From Toensbergia leucococca (taxonomy: Eukaryota), in NCBI GenBank assembly GCA_022813965.1, contig JALDZS010000034.1, forward strand, positions 1 through 64,000: DNA of 64,000 bases. Reading direction: 5' to 3'. Shown in pieces: positions 13,269 to 26,828 of the stretch (position 1 is its first letter; every line of letters starts with the position of its first letter). The notes below the pieces were generated by a model. The model did no database searches. It was not told the DNA's origin and was given only the letters and a program-made list of their open reading frames with translations. Both the position numbers and the translations under genes were made by a program.

Positions 13269-16267
13269 TGTTTGGTTATTTAGATGTGGGATGGTGGAGG
13301 AGGGGAAGGGTTGGGGGGTGGGTACAGAACGTTTCAGGAGCGAGTCTTTAATGCAGGGAAGGAAAGATTGGGATACCTTCCCCCAAAAACAGGCTCGAGG
13401 TGCTTGGATGACCGCCTGGAAATTTGGACCGTCAGGCTTTCGTCACGCACCTTTTGTCAAATCAAGCCGCCATTATTTCGGGTTCTCTTTCATCTTTTGA
13501 TCCATTCGGCTTCTGTTTACAGCTGGGAGCTTCCGTTCTTCCTGATATGAGGAGAATCATCTACATTCTTCGGTTTCCCGTTCTTTTTCCCCAAAGGGTC
13601 TTATTTGACATCTATCTTATCTACCTATCTTGTATGGAGCGGTCTGAGTGTGCGGATTTGAGAATGCTTTGGTTTGGGGGGACTCCTTTGTTTTCGGTTG
13701 GTTTTTTTTCGAGTGGGATTGTTTTTTTTCTGGAGGCGGGGGGAGAGGGGGTTTGTAGGGTAGGGATTTTTGTAGTTTTCTTGGTTTGTGTTTTTTTTTT
13801 TTGGAGGGGTGGTTATGGATGAAGAATGTTTATTTAGATTTAAATGCCTTGACTAGACTAGGTAGGTAGTTTACTTCATCTGATATATTTTCTAGCGGTT
13901 TCACAGAAGCGCCTTGGCCCTACGTTCCTCACACTCAGTCATGTTCTTGACGCAGCGATTCGTAAATGAATTGAGCACCGGGTCGGTGACTGGTGTGCGG
14001 AATGTCCACTTTTACTTGGGTCTTGAAGGTTGTGTTGAGGCGGGTGATTAGGGAGTGAGGGGAGAAGGAAGGAGTGGGGGGAAGGGGAGAGGGGAGTTGA
14101 GGTGCTTAGTGAGTGTCTTATCTCGAGCCTTTTTTGGGGGGTCAAGGAAATAGAAAACATTGGGTGATGGTGGGAGGATGGTAGGTGGTTTTGTGGGATG
14201 AGGGTGTGGAGGAGTTTTGGTGAGGTGTCTGAAAGGAGTGGAGGAGGTGATTGGAAGGATGAGGATGGTTGGTGATGGAGATCAGGTAGATGTTTTGGGT
14301 CGAGGGTGGAGAAAAGGAGTTTTGTGATATTTGGAGCTTGGGGGTTTTGGGTGGAGTGAGAGAGGTTGTGCTGTGAGCTTGTGCTGGTTCGTGCTGGATG
14401 CACTACATCTAGGTATCAGAACTCGCTTGTAGCTTTCATGCCAATGGGTTTTTAGCGTCGTTCTCGGTAGGAATAGATGAGCTGCTTTTTGCCCACGGAG
14501 ATATCTGTGCGTGATCTCCATCTCCAACCCCGTTGGTTTCGAGTATCAAATTGACACTTAGGTGCCGCGGTCTTCTATCAATGACGTTGTGTTGTTCCTT
14601 CAAGAGTCTTGAAGCCGCTCATCTGGTAGGTTAGTAGCATTTGTATCAGAGACTGTAGATACTTGATGATTCAAGTCTGCCAGGGAGAGTGTGTGTGTGT
14701 TGGACGAAGCTAGGCTTCCCGCGCTACGGTCCTCATTACGAGCAATTGTATCTGGTCTACCTTCCAGGTCTCCAGCCTGATAATCGAGCAATACTGGTAG
14801 TATGTACAGGGATGAAAGTAGACATCGATGGCTTCGATGCTGGTTGCGGATGCTATTCTTGCGGTACTCAAAGCTGAGGCATTCGACCCAATGACTTTGG
14901 GAGCAGCATTCGTGTCTGTTCTCCTCCCTATGTCTCGAACTTGCTCGTGTAACATCACTAGTAGGGCTTATATTCAGGAGCCTGAAAATCAATGCTCCAA
15001 GGTCACGTGAAGTCGAAGCCGTCATTTCTTGGGTGCAGAATCCAAGGGAGCTCTGAATGAAGCAGTAGATCTACGGAATTGAGAAAGTAGAAGGTGATTA
15101 GGAGGTCGCATTTCATCAGAGCCATGACAGGTTGTTGATTTTCTTCAATCTGCTCATTGGGAATTCGCGAGGCTGTTGCTGCTAAGATGTCTGGGTGCGC
15201 TTTTGATACATGAGGTCTTTTATTGTTTCATCTGTCCAGACTCTATTAGCTTGAAGGTCTGTAGCAACTTTTGGGGTGGATAGGAAAGACAAAGATGACT
15301 ATCTAGATAGTTACATGGACACTCGATGACTTTCCGTTCCTTAAAGTGGTAGACCGCCTGCAAGCAATTGCTTCTTAGGGCTTCGGCAGTTTAGGAGAGG
15401 GCTATCCTACCGATTTAGCCTGGTCAGGGCGACGTCGTCTCTCCTGAACACGATTCATTTAGGGCCGCGAAAGCTTGTAACAATCGCGTTGCACGTAGAT
15501 CTCAAACTACCGCGACCGATTCACTGCATACTGGTCCGAGTGTAGGTACGAAATCGTTTTCCTCGGATCAACCCTTTCTTCCTCCTCCATCCTTGAGACT
15601 GTAGACACAACCACAAGATATCACCTCCACCAGGCTTCAAGACTTGGTTCTCTTGTGTATCGCCACGTAGTAAGTAACCCCTCGCCTACATTCTTTCGCA
15701 CACGGCCTCCAGTGCTCCGACACCTCATCTCATGCCCACAAATCCACCACACCATAACATAACAACTTCACCCATCTCACATCAACCTCCCCTAATGAAA
15801 CTTCTTCATCACAACAACGCTGACAGCCTTCATCTTATCACATAGGCGCAGCAAATTATCATTGCAGCTGTAACTTGTCGGGATCACCGTAAGTACCCAA
15901 CCTAAAGCCTTTACTTCCGACCAAGGCATCTTGGATGCAATGAAGCTAAGCTTGCCAACTATCAACAATAAGAGAGTGAGTCTGATAATCGAATTAACGT
16001 AAGTTGTACCTTCTTTTATCTTGCACCTCACCCAGTCGATAGACATTGCTTCTTGTGAAAGCTTGAATACATCGACAGAAATATTTGCTCCAACATGTAT
16101 GGTCTTGCTAATCATACTACACACTCTTTCAGAATCTGTTCAAGACCGCTTATCAAGTCTTTATTCTTCCTAGACAGATACTTTCAAGTATGTTTGCTCG
16201 GTTGCGACCACAACCATATGCATCACATCAAGCAAAAGCTGACGTAAATGCTGCAGAGACACACAAA

Positions 16268-18451
16268 ATGAGCGGGTGGAACAATTCTACCAGTACGTTG
16301 ACTCACTTGTTCCTTAGCACACGAAAATAGTCACAAATGCATTGAAGGAGCAACTCTTCGACTGTAGCCCATACCTTGGCCGTTTCCAGCTCTTAATGTT
16401 AACTTTCCTATCTACCTCCTTTACCGATGACATCGTGAATGTCTACTAGAGTCACGCTGCTGATCCGGATTAGGTGCCGTGGTGGGAGCATGGGGTGGCG
16501 AAGCGACCACAAAAAACGAAAACTCTTGGGAGTCTAATGGAAATACCGGAGCGGATAACTACTCTGGAGGCGACGCTCGCGTCTATGCCGGGCACGATGA
16601 TGGGATGAAGAATGGTGATACTGGCGGGGGAGATGACGCGTGTCGCAAGTAAAGCTCCGACTCGTAGGGTTATGGCCGGATCATAAATTAACCACATGAG
16701 TAGCTGCCAGCAGGCTGGTCATTTCGCCCGTGATTGTCCTGAGCCTCGAAAGGGTGGTGGAGATTGCTTCAATTGTGGTCAGCCAGGGTATGTATCTCTA
16801 CATCTTGTGTATCTCATGACAACAATCACTAAGTGAGAGCAAGGCACTCAAAGTCAGATTGCCCGAATCCACGTGTATTCAAAGGAACTTGTCGACACTG
16901 CGAGCAAGTCGGGCATCCTGCAGCTGAATGTCCAGAAAAGCCTGCGGAAAAGTGCCGTAACTGCCAAAAGGAAGGTATGATGAGTTCGATCTTCGCTGAT
17001 GTGGTACATTTTGATCATTGATGGAACATCCAGGACATACTGCACTGGAATGTAAAGACAATCGAGTCTTGGATCTCTCGAAAATTGAATCCAAGTCGCC
17101 AGAAGAGGCGTGGGATGCTCTTCTCAAGGCCGACAAGAGCCAAGACCTCGATGACATACGTGATGTACGTAAAACCTGCAATGTCCTAGATTTGACTAAC
17201 CCTTTGATTTAGGCTGTGAAGGTCTATACGAAAGCAATACCAGATACAACCTACGATCAGTTGGAGCGCGCCTTTCGGAATCGTGGTTGCAACACCTATC
17301 TCATTGCATATGTACGATGGACTTGAACATCTGAAACCATGATTAATCCTTCTAACAAAAAATGACATAGGAGAAAGAGCTTCCAAATACTCTTACCTTG
17401 ATTGATCTCCAAGGCAAGCTTGATTGTAAGTACCAGGTGGGGTACTACTTTGGCCCCAAGCCAAAACGTGTCACTGCCTCTCAAGGTTGGCCTGCGAGTC
17501 CCGAGGAGAATCTTGAGCGTTTGAAGCATGCTGGAATGCCCATGGATCGCGGAATTCAAAAATGCAGTAATTGCAATGGTAAGCATGCATCGCACAGAGC
17601 ATTACGATGTGAGATCAAGGCTAAGATGTCCTTCTAGAACTCGGTCATATTGCGAAAGCCTGTACGGAAGATAAGCAAGAGATTGAGCGCGTGGAAGTTA
17701 AATGTGTCAACTGCGACGAGACTGGCCATCGTGCTCGTGATTGTGCACAGGCTCGAAAGGATCGATTCGCCTGCCGTAATTGCAAGTAAGTCACAGTCTC
17801 CTCACTTACCTTTACCTAGCAGAAGACACTAGCTAAATACCTTACAAAAGACAATCTGGCCACACAGCGGCTGAATGTACTGAGCCACGCTCGGCCGAAG
17901 GCGTTAAATGCAAGAACTGTGGCGAAGTCGGGCACTTTGTAAAAGATTGTCCAACCAGATCTGGTCCCACCTGCCGCAACTGCAAGTAAGTATCAATCCG
18001 AAATTCGGTGTAAGAGAGGAAGCTAATATCAAAATAGTGAAGAGGGCCATATCAGCAAAGATTGCGACAAGCCACGTAACCCTGAAAACGCGAAGTGCCG
18101 AAATTGCGAAGAACGTTAGTAGAATTTTCATATCAAGTACAACATGACTGCTTGGACGCTGACAAGAATCGTAGTTGGCCACTTTACTAAGACCTGTCCT
18201 CTGCCAAAGGATTGGAGTAAGGTCAAATGCGATAATTGTGGAGAAAGTACGTGAAAAAGGAGCTCCATTCGATGACTTCTCCATTCTAACGTTGAATAGT
18301 GGGCCATGGGAAAGGGCGTTGTGCAAAACCTTCTGCTGAAGATGGTGCTAGCACTGAAGGATTTAACGGAGGCAACGAAATTGCAATGGATACAGCTCCT
18401 ATTGAATCGTCGGGTGGTTGGAATAACAACACTGCGGGAGGTGGATGGTAG
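16268..18451 (+). CDS. Multi-CCHC zinc-knuckle protein (CnjB-like / CNBP-related), many short exons
   Basis: Repeated CxxCxxxxHxxxxC knuckles (CFNCGQPGHSKSDC, CRHCEQVGHPAAEC, CVNCDETGHRARDC, CKNCGEVGHFVKDC ...) flanking the central TLIDLQGKLDCKYQVGYY..GWPASPEENLERL domain; ends GGW*. Confidence 0.88.
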
Positions 18452-19448
18452 TTCTAGCAACGCGGCCTAGAACTACAGTTTATCGCCAGCTAAGCATGGT
18501 GGTCCGTTCGATGTATCCTAGAAGATGTCGCAGAGCGCTTATGATACGAGGCAATTTGATTGCGGTCAAGTAGAACAGTCACAAGAAACGATGACAATTA
18601 AGGTAGTCATTGACAGCTGAAATATGACTTCGGAAGATCTCTGTTCCTCGATTCATTTCATAAGAAGTGATCTTCAACAACAGTAACAACAGTGCGATAG
18701 GATCGTTCATGAGAAGTGTTAGTACGCCTCTAAGGTTTAAATATCAATAAGCTCTTGGTCTTGGACATCAAGATTATGAACGGGTTATTATAAGATGAAA
18801 CATACTGACAAATCCTCGGATTCACTTGGGAAATTCACCCTCCGATTCCCACAGCGTTTCATACGTGACAGAAAAACCCTATTCGCCAGTCAATGCCGTC
18901 AGGCTCCTTGATATTCGCTATCCTTTTAGGAGCTTAGGTACGAGTAGGTTAGGTAGGTAGCAAGCAAGAATCATGAAGCCGAAGACTGCATACGCACTTG
19001 GCGAGGATGTTCTTGGTCGTTCGAATATTATGTAACATCGTCCCTCGGGTCCCCAGATTCAATTCCCCTTTTACAAGGATTCCAGGGACATTTAGTCTAC
19101 GATTGGCAATTCGTGCGCTTGCTACGACGCCACACCTTAATGGTCTCGAGATTCAGAGCAGACTGGCACTGGTACATAGGTACTGAGGAGGATGCAAATC
19201 CTGGACTAAAGCAAAAAAGACTTTGCAGTATTGTATCACGGGATACTCCTTGAGTACCTAGTACCATCACCCTGCTGCGCCCGTCGCTTTTGCCTGGTGC
19301 ATAACTGGTGCCGCTCGCTGTCCAATGACGTATTCTAACGTTCAAGACTCAACCTTTATATATCCAACATATTCGCCATCAATGTATTTACGACCCACGA
19401 GCCATCTTTATGTAGACCCTTTTCCCGCTGCATAGAGATATCTACAGC

Positions 19449-21523
19449 ATGTTTGGTGGTTCTCGTTACTTTGGCCTGACTGGCACAAGGCTCAACATAG
19501 CCATTGGCCTTATAGCTGGTCTAGACTTCCTGTAAGCTTCCAAAGGAAACCCAAGCTCGTATGAGGAGCTGATATTGGGATCAAGTCTATTTGGCTATGA
19601 CCAAGGAGTCATGGGGGGTTTGCTCACCCTTCCTTCATTCGTGAGTAGCTCTTGTCTTGGGAATTAGGCTTGACAATGAGCAGCCACTTAAAGGTAAAAT
19701 GCTGTACCTTAGGTAGCAGTCTTTCCCGAGATCGATACTACAGATTCAGGAGAAACAAATCTCAATCAGTCGCAGAAAAACCATCGCTCTACTATACAAG
19801 GTATTTCGATTGAGATCTATCAAAGCCCATTACTCAATATTTTGCAGGTATCTCAGTAGCATCATATAACGTCGGCTGCTTTTGCGGGGCAATCACCACT
19901 ATTTGGATCGGAGATTTACTCGGCCGCCGAAAGACCATTTTTCTTGGCTCTACCATCATGGTTGTTGGTGCTGCTTTGCAGTGTTCTTCGTTTGCTCTAA
20001 GTCAATTCATCGTTGGAAGGCTCATCACCGGGTAAACGCATCTTTCTTCTCACTGCTGACCGGATTTTGACCTGTCCGCACAGATTTGGCAACGGCCTGA
20101 ACACCTCTACAGTCCCTACATGGCAATCTGAGTGCTCCAAGTCCCATAGACGAGGACAACTTGTAATGATTGAGGGTGCCTTGATCACTGGAGGAATATG
20201 TTTTAGCTACTGGCTCGATTTTGGGTTTTCCTTCTTGGACCCAAATCCAATAGCCTGGAGATTCCCGATTGCCTTTCAGATCGTTTTTGCTTTACTTATC
20301 TTGGCATTCGTACTTGAGCTTCCAGAGTCGCCTCGATGGCTCATACTAAAAGGAAAAGAGGATGAGGCGCTTTCTGTTTTAGGTGCCCTAAGTGACCTGC
20401 CCTCCGACGACCCCTATATTCACGGAGAATTCAGCGCCATCAAGGATACTGTTCTAGAAATGGCTTCGGGTGGTTTTCGAGATTTGTTCACCCGGGACGA
20501 GAATCGACATTTCCACCGAAGTGTGCTCGCATATGTTAACCAAGTGTTCCAACAGATTTCAGGGATTAATCTAATCACTTACTATGCTGCAACCATATAT
20601 CAGAATGAGATCCACCTGAGCAGTTTCACATCTCGCTTACTGGCGGCAGCCAACGGCACAGGTAGGAAATTCAGATATTTCGAGACAAGACATCCCCTGT
20701 GATACTGATTTGATTCCACACAGAGTATTTTTTGGCATCTTGGATTGCCGTTTTTACAATCGAGAGATTTGGTCGGCGTCAATTGATGCTCTTCGGTGCA
20801 GCCGGCATGTCGTTTTCAATGATCATACTTGCCGTCATGACGAAGATTGGTGGGAAAGGGGCGGGCATTGTAGCTGCTCTCTTTCTCTTCATCTTCAACA
20901 CATTTTTTGCCATTGGTTGGCTTGGAATGACATGGCTGTACCCTGCCGAGATTGTGCCATTGGTAATCCGGGCCCCTGCCAATGCTTTATCAACTTCGGC
21001 CAACTGGGTTTTCAACTTTATGGTTGTGAGTATTCTTTGATAGTTGCAGGATCCAATCTAGACTACTTTACTAACGCTTTCAACCGCAGGTTATGATTAC
21101 TCCAGTGGCCTTTGAGTCTATTGGATATCAGACCTATATTATCTTCGCGGTGATGTATGGTGTCCAGCGCCCCTACACAGTCGCGACTAACAGAGATATT
21201 TTAGCAACGCTTTTATTTTCCCTGTAGTCTATTTCTTCTACCCTGAAACTGCCTACAGATCTCTCGAGGAAATGGATGCCATCTTCCGTAAAAGCACCGG
21301 TTGGTTTGATATCGTCAAAGTTGCCCGCAACGAGCCCCGAAGATACGGTAAAAATGGAGAGCTTCTGATCAACTACGAAGAGACGGAAGAACATCATTTC
21401 CGCCGAGCTAGCGCAGTATCGAAATCAGAAAAGGCGAGGGCGGATCGGGTGGAGAATATCAATCACGCAAATCCGGACTATGCTGCGGAGAATGGGTTTA
21501 ATTCGAGTTCGAAGGAGTCTTAA
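19449..21523 (+). CDS. Sugar porter MFS transporter, STL1-like
   Basis: LFGYDQGVMGGLL, GDLLGRR, VPTWQSECS, WRFPIAFQ, PESPRWL, QQISGINLITYY, WLYPAEI, FFYPET..SLEEMD. Confidence 0.93.
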
Positions 21524-22092
21524 TAGATGGAAGAGGATCATACTCGACATTTCATTTTGGGGATTCACTGGGTAACATTACGCTACGTAGCCTTGTAACG
21601 AGCAATAACAGAACCGACACTTTCAATAACTTATGCTCGTGTTGCAAATCAATATGATTCTGAGCTCCCCGAATTTTGAGCCTACCATCGAGCTTAAACA
21701 GCAAAATGACTCCGCCTCAAGCCTTTCCTTGAGGTAAATAGATGAGAACTTCTCCCCCTTTTAGATAACCCTGAGATAATTAAGCGAGGAGGTGCGGGGA
21801 CTTAAATAGTACCTAGTCCCATGTCATCTACGATCTACGACACCTACACTTTCAAATCATAAACCACTGCTTCAAGACCTTCTACTTTCAGTCAAGTGTC
21901 CGACATGACAAGATTCGGTTCGACCCATGGCTGTTGAGTGCTCACTATCGACGTTAATAATTGGGATTTCGTCATGCTCCGAGCTCCGTCATCCCCCCAA
22001 GCGCCTCTAAAGGCTCTGACCATGCACGTATGTCAATCATCCTCCCTTAAAATTCTACCAGCCAGCAAACCGCCTTAAAAAAATCACTCTCA

Positions 22093-23398
22093 ATGGCTTC
22101 AGAAGAACTCCCCAAGATGCAATATCGCTTTCTCGGCCGCTCGGGCCTGCAGGTGTCAGTTATCTCTCTTGGAGGCTGGTTGACCTATGGTGGTCATGTC
22201 GAGAATGGTATTATATGAGGCAGATTACTTGGTTATCAGAAGCTGAGAAAGTTATTACAGAGGGGACATTTTCCTGCATGAAGGCGGCCTACGACGCCGG
22301 TATCAACTTTTTCGATTGCGCCGAAGCATATTCTGGAGGAGAGTCCGAGAAGGTCATGGGTGAGGCTATTAAGAAGTTTGGGTACGTTCGACCCATTCCA
22401 ATACTTGCTGTGTATCATTAATTATAGTCTTCTTTAGATGGAAGCGAAATGATCTTGTAGGAGATACCTTACCCTAAGACTCGACAGATAGCACTTTCAG
22501 CTGACTCTCGAAAGGTTATCTCCACCAAAATCAACTGGGGAAGCGCATTCGGGGACAACCCTGTCAATAATGGTGGATTATCCAGAAAGCATCTTATTGA
22601 GGGAGTCAATGCTGCCTTGGCGAGACTGCAGCTCGATTACGGTGGGTTTCAGGTAGGCAACGGCACTAAGACGCCGACTTACGATTTCTAGTTGATCTTG
22701 TCTACGCTCATCGACCTGATCGAAATACACCCATCGAAGAAACCGTCCGAGCATTCAACCATCTCATCGACACCGGAAAGGCATTTTATTGGGGAACATC
22801 GGAGTGGAATCCAGAGGAAATTGCGGCTGCATGGCGATATGCCGACAAGCTGGGGCTAATCGGCCCTGTAATGGAACAGCCTCAGTACAATATGCTTGCC
22901 CGTGAAAGAGTCGAAAAGGATTATGTCCTGCTATATGAGCATTATGGCACGGGATTGACAATCTTCAGTCCTCTGAGGTGTGGGATTTTGACTGGCAAAT
23001 ACAATGATGGTATCCCTGAAGATAGCCGATTGGCGACGAGTAAAGATGGCTGGAGTACAAGTATGAGTAAGAGAATTGGGGACGATAGTTGGAAAAAGGA
23101 CATTGAAAAGATTCGGAAGTTGAAGGTTGGTGATTTCACATTCCTTGCTTACTTGCAGAGCTTACATTCCACACAGCCGATTGCGGACAAATTGGGGTGC
23201 GACCAGGCCGCCCTGGCGCTTGGATGGGTACTGAAGAATCCCAACGTTTCAAGCGCCATCACTGGTGCATCAAAGGTTGAGCAGATTCACAAAAGCGTCA
23301 AGGCATTGGACATAGTCCCAAAACTGACGGATGATATTATGAAGGAGATTGATGAAGTCTTGGAGAATAAACCTGCGCCGCTAACAAGAAGATTCTAG
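22093..23398 (+). CDS. Aldo-keto reductase, voltage-gated K+ channel beta-subunit (Kv-beta) family
   Basis: [73 protein letters not shown]. Confidence 0.93.
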
Positions 23399-23698
23399 TA
23401 TATATAGATAAAACTGGAATAACATGATTATCGAGAAACCGTTTTTCCCTATTCAAGCTCTGTTTCTGTTTAGTTCGGGTCTTTTCGTCTGTCCGGATAG
23501 AGTGTCATGTTAGTATTGGTAATGAGCCTTATGCGGTACGAGTATTATGACCGGATCGGGTGCCTTTCAGTTCGTGAACAATGCAATTTCCATCGATCTT
23601 TACGCGGCCCTCTTGATGTGAGTTGATCGGAAGGTATCTATGACTGCTATTGATCATAATAGAGGTCCCCTATCTTTCCCTTTACTGGTATTGACACA

Positions 23699-26600
23699 AT
23701 GGCAGGTCGGCAGGACAAACCGCCATGGCCTAGTAATTACATAGGCAACCAGGAAGAAATCGACGAAGAGATTGCTGACTTGGCCCGGGAATCTGGTCTT
23801 GCCACCCGAGCACGGCGTCAGTCCCCACTAGTGCCAACAAGTGTCCCGCATCTCGGAAACCTAGGACTTAGCAGTAGCTACACTCGAAGAGTATGGCCGG
23901 CTTCACACCTCCGCTCGAGGCGGCCAACAGCGATGTCAGAATGGCCTGTTCCAGCTCGTAGATCTCGAGGCCCACGACGAGCTTGGCAAACGAACTCAAG
24001 ACAACGTCAATCGATGCCCCATATAAGTCCGATCGATCGAATAAGCGGACCAGGTGAACCAAGGAACGATACTGACCATTTAGCTGAAGAATCCGAGGAA
24101 GTTAACAGAGTAAGACTGGCAGCTGAAGCTAGATCGAGGGAGATTGAGCAGCAGATTGAAGGTGTTCTAGTAGACGGACCGCCTCTTGACTTGACACCTG
24201 GCTCAGATCTCGAGGGTAGAGAAGCTCCAGCTGTCCCTCCACAATTCAAAAAGTACTTGGACCATCTCAGAGTAATCGGGACAATAAGTAGAGTAGTCTA
24301 TGAGTACTACTTGAATCTCGGGAGAAGAGACACGCACAATGCACCTGGTCAACATGGTCGGGAGTCATGGTTGCCAGACATCTTGACAATAGATGGGGTA
24401 AAAAGGTCCAAGACGAGAACAGGGCTGGGTTGGAAGCTGGATCGCTTCCTCGGCGGTGGTGGTCAGGGCGAAGTCATGCTCTGGGAAAAGCAACGACCGG
24501 GCAAGAAAGTAAGTAATGCTTTACTGAAAAGAGGAGCTCGGATACTAATACATTAGACAGCCTCTTAGAATTGCTGTCAAGGATAGCAAGATTGATTGGA
24601 CCTTCTATCAGGTTTTGTGCTCATGCCTTGGTAATGTCACTCTCACTAAATGCGCAATGAGCAGGATTACCCTTTAGAAGCGAGTATAACGCGAAGGTTG
24701 AATGAGAGCGGCTGCAAAAACGCCATAAAAGTTCTTGAATGGGCTCATATTCAAGATGAGGGTGACTCCTTTTTTCGCAGCTGTTATGAGTTTGCCGAGC
24801 ACGGTGATCTCTCTGACATTATTACAAAGTATAAACAGCATGAGTATGGGCTAGTCCCTCAGAATCCACGGCTATTCGCTGACAATCTTTCTAGTCTCCT
24901 TTTACCCGAGTCTTTTATTTGGCACGTCTTTTACAATATTGCCAACGCCCTCTGTTATTGCCGGTATGGTTGGCGTAAATCCCATGTGCGGTCTCATTGG
25001 GAAGAGATAGTACACGGCGACCTCAAGCCCCAAAATCTGTTGTTGAGCGATCCAGACAGCGTGGTCAATCCGTCGTATCCCTGTGTCAAATTGGCCGACT
25101 TCGGTAAGGACTTTGGCTCTTGACGACTTTTCCCTCCGTTGACGACTTTAAGGGCTGGCTTATAGCATGGGAGGACGAGATGTTGAAGAGGTTCGCCGTT
25201 TCAAGAGCAAGTATTCATATGGAACACAGGGGTAAGTTTTTGTCCCGATTCTACCACGTAATCACTTTCGCTGACTTGACCAGATTCCAGGCCCCTGTAA
25301 GTAAAGAGCACCTTTGTTTGCCTCAACTAACGAATAGTCCAAGGAAACTGAAAATCCCGGGTATGGAAGGGATAGATTGCCAGTGCCTCACGGTAGCCAT
25401 TCCGACGTCTTTTCTCTGGGTGTCACACTCGAAACCATGTGCAGCCTAGCCAAACATTCCTACAGCTCCGCCGAAGTAGACATAATCCGCCGCATTGGCC
25501 CTCGCAACGTCCCGGACTTTTACACTCCGCTCCTCAAGCAGCTTTTCACAGAATGCAAAAGCAGATCCCCAGACTTGCGCCCTGAGATCTTCCTGCTCTG
25601 CTCCATCGCTGAGAGTCAAATGCTCCACTTCCAAAATCGCGACAGTGAAAAACGTGAGCAACTTAGTATTCAGCCTCATGACCTTTATCACAGCACTCTG
25701 CTCTACAGAAAAGAAGACTGGGACCTTTTCAAAAACAACATATCCTTCCGCCAAGCCTATATCAAAGTCAACCAAGGTCCCCGGACTGAGATGCTTCTCC
25801 TGGCCGAACAAGAAGCCCTAGCAAACCCAGACCCCCATCTTGTCAGGGAACAGGCCCCTTCGCCCTCCATTGACCCTGCTAGAAACTTCTTCAACCCTCT
25901 CCGCCAAAACCCTCGATCTCCGCAATCCCGCCCGCGACTCTCAAAACTGGTATACAATAACTGTGGAGAAACAGGACACGCCAGCGAAAGATGTATCTAT
26001 CCTCAAAAAGAAAGCCCGTGCTACAACTGCGGCGAGCTCGGCCACAAATCACGCGACTGCCTCAACGCTGGGCTCGGTGATGCAGGACCCCAATTTGACC
26101 AAAACCCCCCTCCCATCAATCCCCAAAGAGAAACCCCATGCTTCCACTGCGGCAACTTCGGCCACGTCTCGCGGGATTGTCTTGTCCATGCTCTCGGTGA
26201 AGCCGGACACAGCTTTGGCCAAAATCACCCCATCACCACTCCCCAAAGAGAGAACCCATGCTACCATTGCGGCAAGCTCGGCCACAACTCACGCGATTGT
26301 CTCGATCCTTTTCGCGGCAAAGCCGGACGCCGCTTTGGCCAAGAACCCCCCTCCATCACTCCCAACAAGGAAAGCCCATGCTATAACTGCGGCGAGCACG
26401 GCCACAAATCGAGAGATTGTCTCAATCATGCTCGGGGTAAAACCAGACGCCGCTTCGGCCAAGAACACCCTTCCATCACTTCCACCAAGGAAAGTCCATG
26501 CTATAACTGCGGCGAGCACGGCCACAAATCGAGGGATTGTCTCAACCATGCTCGTGGTAAAACCAGACGCCACCTCCGCCCGAACCGCCCCTCCGTCTCT

Positions 26601-26828
26601 TCTTCCTCCGAAGGCCATCCCGCCCCGTCTCCAAGACGCGACAGCCGCTCGCCAGGTTCGTCGGCTCAAGGCTGGAGGCAGGGAGAATTGTTCGAGGGAG
26701 TAGGGACCCAGCCGGGGCCCTATAGCAGGCAGAGGCGGGATCGCGCGCATAGGAATTATCGTCGGCGGATGGATTTGTTGCGGAGGCCGAAACGACCGCG
26801 ACCGCGGTCACCGTGGGCGCTTTCGTGA
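23699..26828 (+). CDS. Ser/Thr protein kinase (non-RD) fused to a C-terminal CCHC zinc-knuckle array
   Basis: LGGGGQGEV, IAVKD, HGDLKPQN, DF|G, GTQG|FQAP|E (13-nt microexon 25284-25296) and SDVFSLG, in frame with five intact CCHC knuckles. Confidence 0.85.
26005..26575 (+). repeat. Coding tandem repeat, 120-bp (40-aa) period, ~5 copies, one CCHC knuckle per copy
   Basis: GCCAC (His codon context) recurs at 26041, 26161, 26281, 26401 and 26521; the last two copies are nearly identical. Confidence 0.92.

Noticed and set aside
13939..15200. Possible minus-strand gene fragments
   Set aside because: Could not assemble a consistent exon chain or recognise any motif.
16975..17033. ATGATGA and CTGA (C/D box-like words) in a zinc-knuckle gene intron
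   Set aside because: The intron is only ~58 nt and the C box overlaps the donor; too short to host a C/D snoRNA.
26005..26575. CCHC array as a retrotransposon Gag or CRISPR-like array
   Set aside because: In frame with the kinase; no LTR, protease or RT nearby; units are tandem coding repeats without unique spacers.
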